Below, in pieces: positions 51,601 through 64,000 of a stretch of 64,000 nucleotides of DNA (the first letter of the stretch is position 1; the number at the start of each line of letters is the position of its first letter). Origin of the DNA: Kudoa neothunni (taxonomy: Eukaryota; Animalia; Cnidaria); NCBI GenBank assembly GCA_964304625.1, contig OZ199840.1:7355635-7419634 (forward strand), read 5' to 3'. The notes under the pieces were generated by a model, which made no database searches, was not told where the DNA came from, and saw only the letters and a program-made list of their open reading frames with translations. Both the position numbers and the translations under genes were made by a program.

Positions 51601-54600
51601 TAGTTACGAATGAAATAGATAACATAAAATTATTACATAAGTGTAATATTTTAGGTCCCTTAAGAACTCGCCAAACCTAATTATTTTTATGTGGAGATTT
51701 GTAGCGTCTTCATCCGAAGTTAGTTCTTCCATGTATTTCTAAGATAATAAACTAAAAAAAGACAGGTTTAAAAATCCACCTACCAGTTTATTCGAAAATT
51801 CTCCAACATAATAAACATCCAAATCGGATACATACTCAAAAGTGCTGTCATACTTAATAAATTTCCCGTCGGAAATCATGTTTCTATAAATTAGTTATTA
51901 GCATTGATCATCATGGAAGCCAATAAATACTTTACATGTTTATTTAACATGTGAAATAAATATTGTATGGAGGAGTAGGTTTCACATTGGTTGTAATTAA
52001 TTGTATTAACCTTATAGTAGTCTCTATGGAAAATTGTTTCGATTTCGTTGAAAATGGGTTTCTGAAAAATTAATAAATTAATTTAAATTAGCCAAATAAC
52101 TAAGGCTACCAATATTTTGTACGAGTGGCGAGCCAAGTTTTGCAAATAACACCGAAATCTTACATCTATTTCATCAAATGTGATATTTAAGACAGAAAAT
52201 TTGTTTTCAAATGATATATATCCATTTGGGTTATTTTCGGCATCATCGATTTTGTAAATTGGTGTTTCCATCAAGATATCATCTTGAATATTTCCAATGT
52301 TGACTATATGAGAGAGTGCGTCATCAACTACTTTTAATGGGGAATAATTTCCTAAAGAACACAATTAAAATCTTTCAAAATAAAACCTTCATACCATAAG
52401 TAATAAAAAATTTGAGATTTTTATTGGTATAACTTCTAGGAATACAATCGATATTTTTCAAAATTATCATAATCAAAAATTGTGTCCTCACGGACATGTC
52501 CTATAATATATGTGATGTATATAATGTAATTTTCAATAATTCCCAACCTCACTTAGCTCTTTGCTGAGTTGATTTTGGTGGGAGATATTGTCGGATAACT
52601 GATTCTTCATCTGCACAATGGAACTTTCAAGTGAAATATCGAGCTGGCATATATCTAACGGTATTTGTGTAGATTTTTGATCTAGATTAGCCAAAAGTTG
52701 ATCCTTTCATATTTTAAGTTAATCACTATCTATTCCCAATATTTTTATGGTGTGCAAAGTGATTTTCGGTGGTTTTTCTTATGAGAGTAAATAAAAATTG
52801 TTCACATACAGTTACTTTTAGAGAAATCAACAATATCATTTAGATTGAGATATCCCACACCAATAAGATTCTGACTGAGCATTTGTTTCCTGTTATATAA
52901 AGATAATTTATATTATTTAATTAGAGGTTTTTATAATTAAAAACCATAATCATAAAATCAACCGATTAACGTTCCAACAAAAAATAATTAATATATATTA
53001 TTTTAATAAACAACTACATTGAATGAATCTTACTTTTGATATATTTCAAATTTTATCATAGAGACCTGGATGGGATACTAATAATAGTATTAATTTTGTA
53101 TAACATTATTAGGCCAAACACTAAGACGTTTAAGTTGAATGATTGCTCGATGGATATGGATTGATGATTCTTTCTTACGATAAATGGTGCTTGAAACTAG
53201 AATATAAATTCCTCGTTTAAGCTTTAAACAACAAAATATTTACAGACATGTTATTGTAGGTGACTTCAATCCACACATTCCACTACAAAGAAAACGAGTG
53301 AAAGCTATCTTCAACCTTGATCATACCTCCTTGTTAGTTGCATCTAATTTTCAGTAAATCAACATAACAATGTTTTAGGTGTTTACAGGAGATTAGCCAT
53401 AAAATATTTCGAAGAAATATTTTAACGACTAAAAGTTGACTTTGTATGTCAGGGTATTTGAAGGGGATGTATTCTTTAATAGATAAATATGAAACAGCTC
53501 TTTCAACAATTGAACATAAATAATTTTATACTATCAGTTCGATAATTCTCTTCATCAACCATAATGAACTTGTTAAATAAATAGTTGTTCTATAATTTTA
53601 ATTGTGATTGAAGGATCGTTAATGAAGCCATAGGAAGATTACTTGGCTACTGTTACGAGAAAACAAACTAAAGGACAATTCTATTTTTCCCTATTATCCG
53701 TAGATTTATTCGTGGAAATTGAAAAATTACCACAGACGTTGATAAATTCTGAACCGACATAATATCGACCCATTTCTCACTAATTAACCAATCTTTTTCG
53801 CGCATTACAGTGACCATATCAATCTATATAAAATAAGATGTGAAATTGTAACAACTGTTGTACGAGTTTACTTGAAATCTTCCATACAGGTCTTCGTTTA
53901 TTAGGTTTTTTACTGTTATGATCTAAAAAAATATCACCATAAAAAAAGTTTTTTACGGAACAACTTTTATAGTGAGTATTTTATTACTCAACTCGTATAA
54001 TGAGCATTCAAGAGAAATATTCAATTTCTAAATTGATTTGAACAAATATTGTTAATTATTTTATTACAAAACCAAATATATGATATGTAGACGGATTCGA
54101 TATTATCGATTTATAAGTTTTACCATCAAACAAAATCATCACATAACAGGATGCAGGAACGTTTATGTGCAAACTGACTGATTTTATGTTCAGTTTTATC
54201 TTTCTAAATATTAAATATATCGTTGAATAAGTGTACCTTAAATGAAGATATTGTTGACGTTTTTCTGAATAATTTTGCAAAAATTTCCTCACAGTAACTA
54301 AAAAAAATTATCGACTTGGAATGTTCATCTTTATTCGATGATGTAGCAATTAGATTATCCTTTCGTTTCAATGGCCGATTTAATAAACATTGAATTGTTT
54401 AAAAATTTATTTAACGCTAATTAAATTTTTTTAATTGCTTATATAATATTTAATGAACTCTATAACGTGGAAGAATTATTTCCTAAATTTTGATATAATT
54501 AAGTAATTTAATTAACAATAAATATAAAATAATAAATTTATTGCAAATAAAATGAATATTTGTAAAAAGTATTCTTTACACATTTTAAGATGTATTCTTT

Positions 54601-57600
54601 TGATTTTTCGAAAAAGTTATACTGCAAAAATTGCTTTAAATCAATTTTTTCTGAAATTTTTGACGATAAGCAAATATTAAATCACCAATTTTGAAGTATG
54701 CAAATCTCCTTTATTTATACCTCTATATAAAAATAAATATAAAATGTAAATCAATTTTATGTTTAGACTTAAATTAAGTCTGTTATTTTTCCATGTCGTA
54801 CAATGAGTCACGTTCGAGCGCGCGGCTGGGATAAAAATTTCGAAACAATTTATTCCACCAGTAAAATTTTACATGATTATTTCTGAACATTAATTACTAA
54901 TGCTTAATTAAATTAAAACTTTTTTACGAATTCTTTGATAATAATCTACCGACTCATATCTATATTATAATAATTTATTAGGAAAATATATTTGTTATCG
55001 TAATTACTATAAATTACGCCAAAATATTACCAAACAAATTGTATATTAACCTCAAATGGGGGATTTTTAACGATATTGAGAAGAATAATTTAATAAAACC
55101 TAATCCAATTGTTCAAAAAATATACAGTATAATTTTATGTATCAATTAAAGCAATATTTAACTTTTTATCTCTAAAATTTTCTAAAATTTGTTGATTGAT
55201 TGAATATGTATATCTTTTTAAAATAATGCCAGTAAGATATAGATTTTACGTACTTTTATCTTTTAACTGTCTATGAATAATTAACGAAGTAAAAACTATT
55301 TCTATACTTACAATTATAATTCTGAGGTTAATTATATAAATGTAATTTTTAAAATAAAATAATAAGTTATTAGTAAATATTTGGTTCTTACAAATAAGAT
55401 TATCGATTTTAAATAGTTTTTTGGCCACCACCTCAATGTATAACTCATTTATTTAAATTAACTAAATTTTTTATAACTCCAAAGCTCATTAAAAAATAAG
55501 GCAAATTTCTCAATATCGGATTATTCAGGAGTCTGGAAACAAATGATGCTAACGCTCATACTTACAGCCATAATTGTCTGCTATCTATTTTTACTTCGCG
55601 TAGCATCTAAAACAAGAAGAATTCATTTGTTTATTCATGAAATGCAAGTTTGGCTGCAACGGTGAAAAATATTAAAATTATGTAGTAATGATTTTCATGA
55701 TAGGCGGATGGTTTATTAAATTCACTAAAAGCCAATAACATGATTTTTTATGGGCGATAACATAAATATTCGGGACAAATTATAAAGGGAGTTCGTATAA
55801 AAACAAATTGTGGCTTTATGGTGGCTACGAGGTTACAAGAGTTTCTTTAATTTAAGAATATTTCCATTTCATTGAGAAGTCCCTTAGACATTCAAAACTG
55901 TTATTAAAAGCGGCAGTTTATATTGAGTGATATTTCTAAAGGATATTCTATTAGTTTTTTTAACTTTATATAAAATTGTACTACTCTATAAACAAAAAAG
56001 TTTAAATTTATTTTTATAATATGCGTAGCTTTTCATATACTGAATTATTTTCAAATGTAGAAACCAATTCACCCCTAGAAAAGGGATCTAAATGTTTTTC
56101 GTTAATTATGCGCTTCCGTATTTTGGGAGTAATGGAGAACACCATTTGATTAGCCATTGTAAGAGTCAAGGATTTTTTAGAAACATGAAAAAATTAACCA
56201 ATTAGATAAGTGAAAAAGAATAAAGTTTGTGTGGGGCTGAAATATACAATAGTACATTTTTTTAATAATTATTTAAAAACATTCATCAAAAGATTTTATT
56301 ATTTCTCGATAGCGTATTATACGATGATACACTTAATTCATAAATCGTTCTTATTTTTTTTTAATTTCAACTACCATAATAATTCGTTAAAAATTAGATT
56401 ATTGCAATAGATAACGCGACAAATTCATTGTCGTCAGGTTTTCCCCAAGCTATGTCAAAAATTAATTTAGGCTTAATATAGAAAAAGAAACAACGGTTAA
56501 TTGCTTTAGAAGAGCTATTTTTTAAATCAAATACATCAGAAACAATATATATGATTAGTAATAGCAACATTGAATTCACTAACGAAATAATGGAAAAGAT
56601 AGAAGATTTTGTCGCATTTATTTTAGATGATATTGACCATCTCTCTGACAAACGTATCTATGGATCCAAATTTGAAAACAATGAATAAAAAGTCAATAAT
56701 AATGATTTTCCTTGGGAAGCTTTAAATTTGTTGCTATGTAAAATTAATGGTTAATATAAAAATGAATTACTTGGAATTATTAACACAAATTGAACAAAAC
56801 ATTGCAAGTACTATGTAAACAATTTAATTTAGAAAATCAAAAATTAACAAAAAACTAATAATCTGAACGAACTTATAGAAATACTTTGATAAAAATATAT
56901 ATTTGCGTCCGCGTTAAAAAAAATCGTAAAATCGATTAGTGATGCATTTTCAGTAACTATTATTTGATCCCGAGGGGATTTCTGAAAATCGATGCCTATT
57001 GTGAAATAAATCGAAGAAATCGTCTTATGTCAGTATTTTAATTTTAACGCGAGGAAAATCGGTTGTGACTTTTGAAGAAATTTACATTTCATTGGTTTTG
57101 GTTCTGAGCTCTTCATCAGACACTATCAGGTTTTTGTATTCTAACGAAAGATGGATCGGATAAAATGGATCGTGTGAGTTTTCTATTACCATCCTTAATC
57201 ACCCCTCGTTCATCTTTAGCACTGATATATTGAACGGTGAACTTGATGATAACCTTATTAAGAGAAAAAATTTGTATATTGAGCAAAAAATAAGATAGAC
57301 ACATTTTCCACTTTATAATTTTTATTGTAGAGAAAGGATTTTATTCGTTTGAATTTCGCAGCTACCACACATTGTAAATTTAATTCAAGTTGACCAATCA
57401 ATCTGCAATTAAAAGATAGTGTAAATAAAAAATTTGTAACAATAAAAGGGTCCTACTGCTCGAATAGATGAGAAGTTTTATTGTAGATTTCAATAACCAA
57501 TGTATCCTCAGGTGTGAGGGATGTTAGCAGATCCCATGTAAACGACTACAACAACAAATAGATCTCATTAGCATAGGATGGTAATTCTGGGGAGATTGTT

Positions 57601-57840
57601 GTGTAAATATTCTCATAGGAATAATCGTTGTTTTTTGCATCTCACAAATAACTTACCATATTCCAAGTGACTTCTTCTTGAGACCACACAGGTGCTGAAA
57701 TTCGCTGATCATCTTTATTGCCATTAAAACTAATTAAAAATATCATTGACCCCAAGGTCACCTCTAAATTTTAGGATAGCATATCGATTTTTTTCGCCCT
57801 TCAAATTTTCGCATGATGACAAATTAACAATAAGAGACAT
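45619..57840 (-). CDS. Ferlin 2 (divergent otoferlin-like paralog). Body 45619-54415; C2A exons 57084-57840; linkage across 54.4-57.1 kb uncertain
   Basis: C2A MSLIVNLSSCENLKGEKNRYAILKFR..FTWDL..IEIYN..LIGQLELNLQCVV; C2B IKLNIKSVSL; DLYLWV..CGSYCGKVQ; LLGLRN; IGETVVDLEDRF; EGIETRLL; NWRFIYRF; IQIWDRNLFG, IGWFPF; PAGLGRKDP..LPEP; TM YVIMLGVCLLLVLIIY. Confidence 0.8.
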
Positions 57841-58393
57841 ATCAATATTCGGTAAGTAAAAAACTGTTCTGTGCTAAATACCGAATAATAATTAGATTAT
57901 AAACATAAACAAACATTTGCAGTCGGTAACAATAAAAAACACACCTAAGAATTTCAGTTTTCAAGCCCAATGGGAATTGCGTTAGTTCACTCATTATCAA
58001 TACAAAACGAAACGCGTCACTTTATAATTCAGACAATTGTGCGACTTTTTCCAACTCACCTGAGAGTAAACAGTATTGCTCGCCAATTTATGAATTCTTC
58101 AATTAACTCACCACCCGTAGATAATCATTCAATAAAATCTTATCTACTTGATAAGAGGGCTTGCTCTGTTAGTGATTTTGATTCGATAAAATGCGACGAT
58201 TTTAAAAAATCCAAATGTTTGGATAATATTAGAAAAAGAAAGCACGATATCACTATCAAAACCAACGCGTGTGATCATATTCTAGTGTATTATTGTATGT
58301 GATTGCTTAGTTTATTCGTTTGTTTGGCTATAACTATACTTACCTTACCATCGTCTACAGATAAATATAGATAATATTTGAGTGGGTGTGATT

Positions 58394-59532
58394 ATGATGC
58401 CAATCGAATGCACTTTACCTGAATATTTTTTGATTTACACTTATGATTCCAATATTATAGACGATGATGACGGCAGACTATGCTATTATTATCTGAGAAA
58501 ATTTCGAGCAGCTATAGGATTGTATTGTTTGATCCTTGGAGTAAGTTGGCTTGCTTTACATTCAATCAAGTCACACGAATTAAAACTTTCAATTTAGCTC
58601 GCTGCAGCCTTGATTCTTGGTTATGCTATATGGATGTTTAGCAGGGTGGCTCCTATGTATAATATCTTTCCAACGAATAGTTTCTACATTATTGCTTGGA
58701 TGATAACGTTGGCTTGTGTATTTTCTTTCATTTGCATCTTCCTTTGCGGGGGTTATCTACTTACAAACGATGCAAGGTTTTTATTGGCTGTAATTCATTT
58801 TACCCACTAATATATCTTTGTGTTGATCATTGTTTTAAATTAATCTAAATTATAGGCTTTAATATTCCTTGTGCTGGCAGCCATCTGCTCTATTATTGCC
58901 ATTGGAACGGCTTCCTACTATTATTCTCATGTAAGTCTCACCTAAACCTTAACATTATTGTAATACAATTCTAGAAATATCATTACAATCAATTATATTT
59001 TCAACACGCCATGTTTGATTATAATAAAGTTACCAATGTTTCATCATCAGAGGGAATAGACATGATTCAACATGTACTTTGATTAGAACTACTCACTCTA
59101 ACTCCTCGGTTACATTCAAATTAGAAATTCAAGTGTTGTGGCTGGTACAATCAAAGTGATTGGCAGGTGGTGCCGTATTATCTTCAATATGCAATCTTTC
59201 CGGATTCTTGTTGTATTAGTGAACGGCGGCAAATCCAATGTGGAAGATTGTTCAACCTTTTGTTTCTATATAGTGTACGACTATCACTGCCGCTATTTAT
59301 TTGAATTCATTTAACTTTTTTAGGGGTGCATGGATGACGTTAATTCAAGTGTTAAAAATAATTATATAGCATCCATAGTAACTCAGATTGTGTTCTTAAT
59401 AATACAGGTAATTTACCTTGGTGTTTGATATTACAATGTCGGATTCTATTTTAGTTGATTGGAGTAGCTATACTACCTTTGGGATTCACTAAAACCTACT
59501 CAAAACCTGTAGTGATATACAAAGCATGCTAA
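58394..59532 (+). CDS. Tetraspanin, multi-exon (start uncertain)
   Basis: Four TM segments. Large extracellular loop with DMIQH|KFKCCG, FPDSCC and GC before TM4. Confidence 0.88.
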
Positions 59533-60045
59533 TAAATGGATAATTCTAAATAAATTCTTAAAATATACTAAATTTTTAATATTTTGATAACTAGTGAAAT
59601 TTTATTGGCATTTTAACCTTTTCAACATAATTTTTTATTTCAGTGCTGTTTGAAACGTGTTCGACGAATTTTCATTGTTTTTAAGTTTTACTAAATTATT
59701 TTAGAGTTAAAATTAGCTTTTAGGAGGAAGAATAAAAGTTCCAATTATTTATTCATAATATTTATTTATTTCATAAAACAATGGACAAGAAATAGTATAA
59801 CTGACCATTCAACAATAAATGATTACGAAAACCAAAAAATTGGAGACATTTAATATTCCTTGTTAAAGCAGGTATTGTAGGTTCATATAAACCTTAAATC
59901 ATCCAATTTTTGTTAATCGAATTCCGATCAAAGCTGGCACATATTTTCTTATTGAAATAATAATAATTTGAGAAAAATACAATCAAGAGATCAATAAATA
60001 TAAAAATATTCACAGCTAAGACTATTTTAATATTTTAATTTTGAC

Positions 60046-61545
60046 TCAATTTTTTATAGAATAATACAGAAAGTGACCGATAACATTTCGAAAATCATCA
60101 ATATGTAGTCTGTTAAAACAATCGCCACACAACTGGAATGGATCATCAAGCGCCATCAAATCTTGGCGCGTGGCACATCTAAATACTATTCAGTATAATA
60201 ATCCACAATAAATAATTACACAGCCAATCGTTGTTTACAAATATTGCAAAATTTTAGCACCGGTTTGGACACATAAGTAAAGTAATTATTAAGGCGTTCA
60301 ATTGTGCGGTTGTACGATGAAGAATAGGAATTCAAATGCCTCTCCCACAATTTGGGAATTCTTAATTGATTCAAAATAATTAAGCATTCACTATACCACG
60401 CTACCTTATATCCTTAAAAACAATAACATGCTCACAAGTGTAGAAATGGCTGAACAGATAGGGCACTCCAAGTGCAATAGTAAGACTATCCAAAGTGACA
60501 TCCTTCATGTGTTGGTATTTGATTCCATTCATATGAATAGGATATTTTCTAGGGTTTTCCAAGTAGAACTGAACAATCTTTCTTTAATGTGGAAAAAATA
60601 AATCCATTAACTGATATGAGGTTGCATAAAAACATACTCTCCATAGCTTGGATTTTCACGAATAATGGAATTGTGTTCATAGACAGTCCCATTTATTAGA
60701 AACAAACAGTTTGGAAATTCGTCCTAACAGCATGAATTGAGTTCAACAGAAAGAAAAAAATTATGAGAGTTTAAATTCTTACCTTAAATGTGTGGTCGGT
60801 AGACATATTTTGACATTTAGGATCTTGACCATAAGGATTTTGTAAAGTCAATGGGCAACAAATAATGTCTTTCAGGTCCTCAAGTCTCTAACGACAAATA
60901 ACATATGAGTCGAAAATAGATTATATTTGTTTTACAGTTTTAGAACTGACCATAACTTCAGTTAGGACGGATTTCTATACTCACAACATAAAAAAACAGA
61001 GCGAACATAAAAGAGTGATTTACCTTTTCATCAGATTTTCGAATTGACATCAACAGGTATACATCCGAACCTATGGTAATGATACGAATTTAGATACATT
61101 TTTTATGAACAAGTTTAAAACTTTGAACATTTACCGAATTCTTTATTCATAACAACATTGGGCTCACAAGTGGGTCCGGTTTCTATAATATCCGAAGGGT
61201 TTTTGGTTGATGAAATAAATTGACGAGAATATATTAAAGTTGACTGGTAGATGAATGCATCCCTCTTAGAATCGTGAGAATTGACTCGTCTAACATATAG
61301 TTTATTGGAAGTTGTAGAAAATATTTCAGCTACTGAATTGTATCCAACGGAACATCACTAACATCGTCTTTGGAAAAAGAAAAGAATTCTGTCTCGTTTT
61401 TGTAACTGAACTAATAAAAAATAATGCAAGTAATTATATTCTACGTTACATTGATGAGTTCAGGATCGCATAAACTCTTAAGGACATCCAGCTTTTCTGG
61501 GGTGATATCCAAAAAAGCGCACATTTTTGATTCGTCTTCGACCAT
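60046..61545 (-). CDS. SNAPC3: snRNA-activating protein complex subunit 3 (SNAP50), multi-exon (start uncertain)
   Basis: DLKDIICCP, FLINGTVY, LGVPYLFSHFYTCEH, and C-terminal zinc finger CNICK..DDPFQLCGDCFNRLHID..IGHFLYY, matching the SNAP50 family pattern. Confidence 0.85.
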
Positions 61546-63110
61546 TTTCGGCGTTATATCTGGCAAAAATTGAGCAGATGAAATTAGAAGTTTTTTCCTA
61601 GTGTCGGATATGTTATAATGCTGAGATTTGTAGAAGAAAAAAGCGCTATTAGTGGCAGAAATCATTTTAAGTTGCGTGCGCACCAAATGGATTGAAAATT
61701 TTGTCGAAAAATCGATTTAAATTCTGAGAAATTAAATTTACTATAACACGGAAATAATAATTAATTACAAAAAATCCTCGTGTCCGTGGGGTGTTCTTTC
61801 CACGTCTTACCGCCGATAAATGAAGCACTCCCAACAATTGATTTCTAACATTCAATTAGCATTTTTCTCTTATTTAAATTAAAAATAATTATTACTTAAT
61901 CAATCGATAAAACCTAATTTTAATAGAACATTAAAGCTTGGATTAATCGTACAGTGGATCAAAGAGGATTAATGCAATTACACGAATTTTCTAGAGAAAT
62001 ATAATTTAAATTAACAAACGTTCTTAAAAATAATTGTTCTGTGTATTCATTAATAAATCAATAAATTTTGGAATAATAAAGGTGAAAATTAGTAAATCTA
62101 ATAAATGTTTTTTATTAAAAAGAAGAGAAAGAAATTTTTCTAAAAATATTTTGTAATTACGTTAACTGACTATAAAATTTACGTATTCTTTAATTCTTTA
62201 ATACATTTTTCATTTTATATTGTTATCATTTCGCATATTACTATTGAGTAACTACTGGAGGATTTTTTCAGTTATAAATATGTGATACATTATCCCATTA
62301 TAATATTGTAATTTTAAAATAGACTCTAATATTTATAACGAATAATTTGTTTCTTAGTTTATAAAATTTTTGGATAAATTTATTTTATGTAAATAACAAA
62401 TATTCTTTAATATCAGAAAAATTTGCTTTGTGTTTTTGAATATTTTTTGAATAGTTAAGTTGTTAGTTAAAAATCTTCATCAGTAAATAGTATAAGTTAA
62501 ATGCTTAAACGTATATTAAAAAAAACTTGTCTTACTTTAGTCTTGAATAATTAGCATTTGGATAAATTTATAAATTATTAATTATTGTAACTCTAGCTTA
62601 AAAATTTGTTTGCCACCGATTCTTCATTCGAAAACAATTTCGTAAATATTCGAGTTAATTTATATACATTGCTGATCGATACTGCAATAGATAACTTATT
62701 ATTATAACTGTGTAAAACAGGTAAGGGGGAATAAAGAGGCGACGTGAATGCTAAATCGCCTATTACAGTACTTTAATTACAAGTTAAGATCTTAAAATAT
62801 TAAATCGTAAAAACTTACTTAAATGCAAAGAATTAAATAACTATATATAATTTCGTTTAGTCGTATAAGACTGTCCACTCTAGTACATGATTGAATTTGA
62901 TACGTTCTTTAAATTTAAAATATGACAAAATATTACTGCGGATAGCTGTAGATCAAAAGATGAGCCGTCCATGTGACACTCAAAAATCCTCATGTTTTGT
63001 GTAACTCTATTCAAAAGTTGTTTTTTTGAAACCAGAGAATAAACAAAATAAGTTTATTTATAATTATAAAATGTTCCAACGAATAATATGTCTACCAACA
63101 TCCTCGACGG

Positions 63111-63126
63111 CACACACACACACACA
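63111..63126. repeat. (CA)n microsatellite
   Basis: ~8 CA units. Confidence 0.85.
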
Positions 63127-63916
63127 AAAGCCACTCTTCCTTAAGCTAATTCAGGATATACACTTTGACGATTAATCCGCTGAAGTTCCCTAGACGGCGA
63201 ATAGATGCTATGTGGGTGTGGGATTTTTACTTCGACTCTAGGGGGTTGAAGTTCAAATCTAGGCTCGATCACTTCAGATATTACTGCGCTACCGTTAATT
63301 ATTCCATGATGGAAGCTATAATTGAAGTGTACCATCAATGTTGTGTGAGACGCATCTGCACTTATGCTATATTTATTTCAGTCCAGTTGGAAGATCAGAT
63401 TTGATGTTCAAATGATCCAGAGCGTATTAATTAATAAAGAGCTTGCAATTCCACAGAGTAAGTGTCATCAAATTAGAGGGAAGTGTGTAGAGTTTAGATA
63501 TGGACGTTATTGGCCGGAACAAGGATGTTTAGGAGATTAAATACTCATCTACAACAGAATAATAAGACGAGTTAAAATATCACATGTTGTGTCAACACTT
63601 TAATACATCTTGCTAAAACTTCAGAGCCCTATAAGCTGCTCCACGGGCTTTACTAAGTAAACGAAAAGTTTGTATCTAATAAAATTCATATCCAAATTAT
63701 CGAATGAATGTAAAAAAATAGTTTATTAGTTAATCGACTTTTATTCTCTAGGGGATTTTGATTTTTGAATCCTCGCGGGTAAAACCGATTATGGAAAAAT
63801 GGGTTCAAAATTATGATTTTTGGATGCCACATCAGAAATTCAACATTTATTATGACATATTTTATAAAAAGTTTATTTTATCAATATTTTCAATTTTATG
63901 AAAGTTTTACTAAATA

Positions 63917-64000
63917 CAGTAGGTGACCGTTAATTCGTAGGACCGATAATTCGCAACTTTCCTTAAAACTTTGTCCAGTCGGTTAAATTTGTCAAATAAC
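63917..64000. mobile_element. Start of a pogo/Tigger-like element running off the window
   Basis: TA-CAGTAGGTGACCG.. resembles the TIR of the 26487-28496 element and carries a repeated GACCG(T/A)TAATTCG. Confidence 0.45.

Noticed and set aside
55450-56690. Plus-strand coding-like fragments within the ferlin 2 gap
   Set aside because: Multiple stops and no recognisable family; partly the antisense of minus-strand exon-like sequence.
63141-63620. tRNA/SINE (GTTCAAATC B-box) or LINE endonuclease remnant
   Set aside because: No A-box or cloverleaf and no convincing peptide motif.

Overview
Very AT-rich eukaryotic (animal) genomic DNA with many small (~45-110 bp) GT-AG introns and strongly diverged housekeeping proteins. 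The profile fits a fast-evolving parasite such as a myxozoan cnidarian (inference only). Recognisable multi-exon genes: DNAJC11 (+), an FH2 formin (+), DDX6/Dhh1 (+), lysyl-tRNA synthetase KARS (+), two tandem otoferlin-type ferlins (-), a tetraspanin (+), SNAPC3 (-), and an orphan membrane-protein locus (-). Intergenic DNA holds decayed DNA transposons (piggyBac, Tc1/IS630-like, pogo/Tigger, hAT), clustered at 23.7-31.7 kb. Single-base indels in homopolymers break several essential genes and are most likely long-read assembly errors. Most interesting: (1) two co-oriented gene pairs separated by only ~77 and 155 bp, with T-rich tracts and unpaired AG acceptors before the downstream ATG (candidate operons/SL trans-splicing); (2) a ferlin pair in which one copy keeps and the other has lost the Ca2+-binding aspartates, and whose C2A may be split off; (3) an exact TGCCACGTGG motif, near NRF1-like sites, recurring at promoters and at one orphan site. 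Gene models were read by eye, so boundaries are approximate.
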